A model generated the notes under the pieces. The model did not search any database. It saw only the letters and a program-made list of their open reading frames with translations, and had not been told where the DNA came from. A program made the position numbers and the translations under genes. A stretch of 57,094 bases of DNA, counting the filler, from Dimargaris cristalligena (Eukaryota): the NCBI GenBank assembly GCA_003614675.1. It is 3 parts of 3 records of this genome, joined end to end, with 100 filler letters (N's around TTAATTAATTAA, not from the genome) between each part and the next. Parts side by side here need not be neighbours in the genome. Positions count along the whole stretch, not along the records: positions 38,177 to 57,094 come from ML002747.1; 2 more parts are not named here. One strand, written 5' to 3'. Within the stretch, counting starts at the first letter, position 1. The number at the start of each line of letters is the position of its first letter. Shown piece after piece: positions 53,194 through 57,094 of the stretch.

Positions 53194-55768
53194 GATGAAG
53201 GGTGGAGGTGGAGGTGTAAGGGGGTGGTTGGTGCGGGACCGTAGGTAGAGAGGGAGAAGTGGTCAGCCTAAAAATAATAATAATAATAAATAATTTTTTA
53301 AATAAATAAAAAAAAGAAGTAGGGAGCGGGAGATAGATAGTATGGAAGCCAATGGGGACTTGGTGAAAGGCAGGCCCGCCCAGCGTGTTAAATACCAAGC
53401 GAAACCCACGTATAGGGAAGGAAAGGGTGACTGTGGGCGAGGTTGGAGGAGGAGGGGGGAGGTTAAACGCGAACGTCGGTGATAAAGTACCAGAAGAATT
53501 CAGCAGCTATCCAAGTCAATTTTAAATGTTTCTTCGAAATAGGCGTCTAATATCTAAGAACCAGGCAAATATGTCAAAGAATACGACGAGGGAAAAGCAA
53601 CGGCGGCCCCAAAGGTTATACAGGTAGAATACCACTATTACTAACAATACTAGGCTGATTAGAGTACAGGTTTGATAAAGGCGAATTTAAACTGCCAAGC
53701 CCATTTGAGCAGAGACGGTAGGGCTCCAAAGAACTAATTAAACAAGGGCAGTGAAAGGAGGTTGTGAAAGAAATGAAGTACACGAAGTTTTGGATAGGAC
53801 GAAGGGAAATAGGAGCGGCCGGGTGAGATTATAAATAGACCCTCAAATGGGATGGTGGAAATCACCCCCTCCCCACTATCTCTACCATAAAAGGTGCAAC
53901 CGTGAGGGTAGACGGATACAGTGGGGAGAGAGGGTTTTACAATGGACTCACGGGATGGTGATGAAAAGGAAGGGGGCAGAGGTGGGGTGATGGTTAAGCA
54001 TAGTTCTCGTATAGAGGAATACCATGCCAATGATTGTGGCTAAGTAAGAGGTGCACATATCCCGTTTGTTAATTTATCAGAACCATTGAAAAGCCCCGTT
54101 GGCTATGGCACGATTCTTTAAACGGGGGGCTGGCCATTGGAACAATTGGAATGGTGTGGTTGGGAAATGTAGTGAATGAATACAGAGGGCGGCATCCTGA
54201 ACATGTGGGTAGAGAGGTCTTGGCTAAAGAGGAGAAGGGGGTAGTAGAGCAGGGATTATGGGTTAGAGGGGCACATTGGGACCGAGTGAGGTGGCCGGGA
54301 CAGGGGTTCAAGCTGCATCAGCATCAGCATCATCACCACCATTTGGTAAAGCACTGCTGGGCTGGGGCAAAGGGTTTTCGTTAATAAGGGGGCCCGGTCG
54401 CAGTGGGAAGATGGAAAGGCTGTTGGGCTGGTAATGGCTGTATTTCCTACCTGGCAGCTGACCACCACTATCCCTGCAACAATCATTAGAGAATAAGTAT
54501 CCCACAAAAATAAGCACGCCATTGTGACTAAAAACAATTGTATACACTAGCACAACCACGCCAATGGATGGAGTGGGCAGATGGGTTAGTGTGATTTCAT
54601 TTTAAGCATCGACTTGGCGTGGTAATCCTAACAACAATATGTACATGGAACAGTCCCGGTTACCAGCACCAGACACGCTAGATCAAAGTCAGCCCACTCT
54701 CCCCAGCCAGGTCACTAGACCAAAAGATGGATACTGCCTGGTATGGGTTTCTTGGACTATATAGCAGTAGTAGTAGTAGCCATCGAACGTCTTCGCCAAT
54801 CGGGAGAGTGTTGCTCCACCGTAAAATACCGTTTAAACATTCCTCCCCTTTAGGCACTAGGGTAAAATTCACGCATGACATGACCACGCCACCTGGTTGG
54901 CAGAAGTGGCGTCTTTGCTCCCGAAAACGGCCCAGGAACAAGCGGAACGGGTCAACAGAGGTGTAAAAAATCACCGGCGTTTGGACCAGTATCACACAGC
55001 AGCCATATTCACCGTGCTAAATAGAACGAGGCCCTCTTTTATTTATTTTTATTTATTTTTTTGAATAAGGTGGGCGTATAATTATTTTGTGAAGTATAAC
55101 GGGCGTGGCGTGATTTTTTTACCACGCGCTTCTGGGACGGCTCCCTTACCCGTCGACGCGTCATTAGGGGGAAACAGGGTGAGAGTAAAAGAGTACGAGG
55201 ATGGGGGGGGCGTGCGGTAGGAGGGATAGGAGTGGTTGGTTACACACCCCCATCCTAAACGACTCAGTTGATTGTTGAGTGGCCGTGGCGCAGAACACTA
55301 GGATTAGAGCAGTACATCACCAGTGGCTTAGAAAAGAAAGTTGGAGGGGCATTAGGCCATATTTAGCCCATACGCCAGTAGATCCGCCTATCTATGGCCA
55401 AATTTTACGAATATAGTCACGATTAGGCCAATTAGCCGTGTTCCAGAATTTTAAGCCTTCGTAGAAAAGTGGAGTACGTAAAAAAATAAAGTCTCTAAAA
55501 TTAGACGATGCCTCGGGTTTAGTTATACTACTCATGTCAAATACAGTTATTGTAATCAACCACCCGTGATAATATATTTGAAGTCATTATTGAAATACTT
55601 CGGTTTAAAAGAATAACAAGGCGAACAATACTATCCACTGGCTTAATCCAATGACCTTTGCATCGATTGCAACTTGGCCAGACCATATACATACATACAC
55701 ACGTGTTGATTTATTGATTATAGTTAAAAGAAAACGAAGGCTAGGTATGGTATTGCAAAGACGGACCA

Positions 55769-56440
55769 CTACTTGCTTAATGCGGCACACTTAGTAAGTG
55801 CATCCAAAAATAGATGTCCGCTACTCTGTAGCTTCTGTTCACCCTCTTCCGCCAATCGGATAGTAAGCAGACTATATCCTGTCATATCCCGCATTATCCG
55901 GAAATTGTTCACCTGATACCTAGCGTAGCTCTGCAAAGCTCCGCATGCGGAATCCCCCGTCAACTCCAGGCCCAATTGGTCCGAGCCGCTCCGACGGTAT
56001 AGAAGAACGTTGACCTTACAAGTATTCAGGTAATGGGGCTCCAGTTTCCCGAAGCTCTTCAATTCGTCCATGAACTGGCTGGGCTCGGCCAGAACGAATT
56101 TGGTCGGGTCCCGCATAGTGTCGCAGAGATGGTTGGCGTGGCGGACGATACTATTGCTGGAGACCAAACCGTGGTCCATACGGCTGGTAACGATGGATAA
56201 TTTTTTACGCCTAACGTAGTCTAGGGGCGTGGTCGTCCACGCACTCCATCGATTGGCGTTGGTTGGCGACGGCGGGTCAGGGTAACTACTACTACTAGTA
56301 CTACTAGTACTATCCAGTGGAATGGACGGGTTGGCTGGGGGTTGGGAGGAGGAGGATCCCCAAAAGCCAGCCTCAACGGTGGCCAGGTCGGCTACGGCCC
56401 AGGTGGCCACTAGCATGAAGAGAGACGTCGTGACTCGCAT
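55769..56440 (-). CDS. secreted protein of unknown function (223 aa, intronless)
   Basis: Signal-peptide-like MRVTTSLFMLVATWAVA, Ser/Pro linker, then a globular domain with 4 Cys. Confidence 0.75.
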   Translation of the reverse strand: MRVTTSLFMLVATWAVADLATVEAGFWGSSSSQPPANPSIPLDSTSSTSSSSYPDPPSPTNANRWSAWTTTPLDYVRRKKLSIVTSRMDHGLVSSNSIVRHANHLCDTMRDPTKFVLAEPSQFMDELKSFGKLEPHYLNTCKVNVLLYRRSGSDQLGLELTGDSACGALQSYARYQVNNFRIMRDMTGYSLLTIRLAEEGEQKLQSSGHLFLDALTKCAALSK

Positions 56441-57037
56441 GGTTCTTTTTAGATACTAATTAATTAAATAAATAAAACCTGGTTGAGTAAACAACAAAAG
56501 GGGTTGTAGGGTGGAGTGGAAGGTTAAGGGGAGGGGTGAGAGACCTCGGGACTGAAGCCAAGAAACAAACGACAGGGTTGGTGGAGAAAAGGGGTTGGGT
56601 TGGCGGTTAAATGTCGATATGAAACGAACCACGGTAATTGGGAGGAAAACAGAGTAAGAAGGAAAACGGGCAAATGTGCTGTGTGCGTCTCGGCCTATAA
56701 TAAATAACCGGATTTGTAATTGCTACAGTACTCTAACCATGTAGAGAGGGAGGGGAGAGGCTGCTTCTTATATAGCCTCTGTCCATTTAGTATTACCATT
56801 GGATACTCCCCCTCTCTCCCCTTCCGTCCTCTGTATTACATTTTTGGAGCGGCCTTTTTCGTTTGGTTTTTTTTTAAAAAAAAATATTATTACCGCAGAC
56901 TATATATATTACTAGTTTCACAGGATACTTTAGCGGCCTCAGGGTTCCGGAAAAATGTATACCCCACCAAAGTGGAGGATCATTCATATTCTGGGGTGTA
57001 ACCCCCCCCCCCCCCATCGGTCGATGTAAAGGCAAGC

Positions 57038-57072
57038 AGGTAGGTAGGTAGGTAGGTAGGTAGGTAGGTAGG
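57038..57072 (+). repeat. (AGGT)n tetranucleotide microsatellite
   Basis: About 8-9 tandem AGGT units. Other microsatellites: (TG)n ~10157-10176, (TA)n ~43107-43126 and ~49712-49732, (GA)n ~49065-49082. Confidence 0.9.
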
Positions 57073-57094
57073 CGACCCATAGCCCGAATCCTCC

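Noticed and set aside
53700-55000. Several overlapping 77-105 aa ORFs
   Set aside because: Low complexity, no motifs or consistent splice structure; probably intergenic or UTR.

Overview
Eukaryotic, intron-containing fungal scaffold with two 100-bp N-gaps (19018-19117, 38077-38176). Gene content and long introns suggest an early-diverging fungus, possibly Zoopagomycota such as Dimargaris (inference, not verified). Left arm: CsbD/Hmp1-like stress protein, 5-exon SPB4/DDX55 helicase, a small secreted protein, 3-exon ATG3, and a 2-exon 399-aa isopropylmalate-synthase-family enzyme. That enzyme lacks the regulatory domain and carries the two Gly pocket substitutions typical of chain-elongating MAM-type enzymes. 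An ~11.5-kb gene-poor, repeat-rich, locally CpG-free island follows, then a divergent, intronless, bacterial-style NRPS of >14.6 kb: C(half)-A-T-E-C-[dead A-T-C]-A-T-E-C-A-T, cut by the gap. Near-identical foldback-type repeats lie on both sides of the NRPS. Right arm: ~30-exon meiotic helicase MER3/HFM1, a 3-exon Med28-like gene absent from the ORF track, a mitochondrial PPR protein, a Cys-rich ORF and a second secreted protein. Best candidate for a new system: a MAM-like keto-acid chain-elongation enzyme paired with a D-amino-acid NRPS. All alignments and motif assignments were made by eye.
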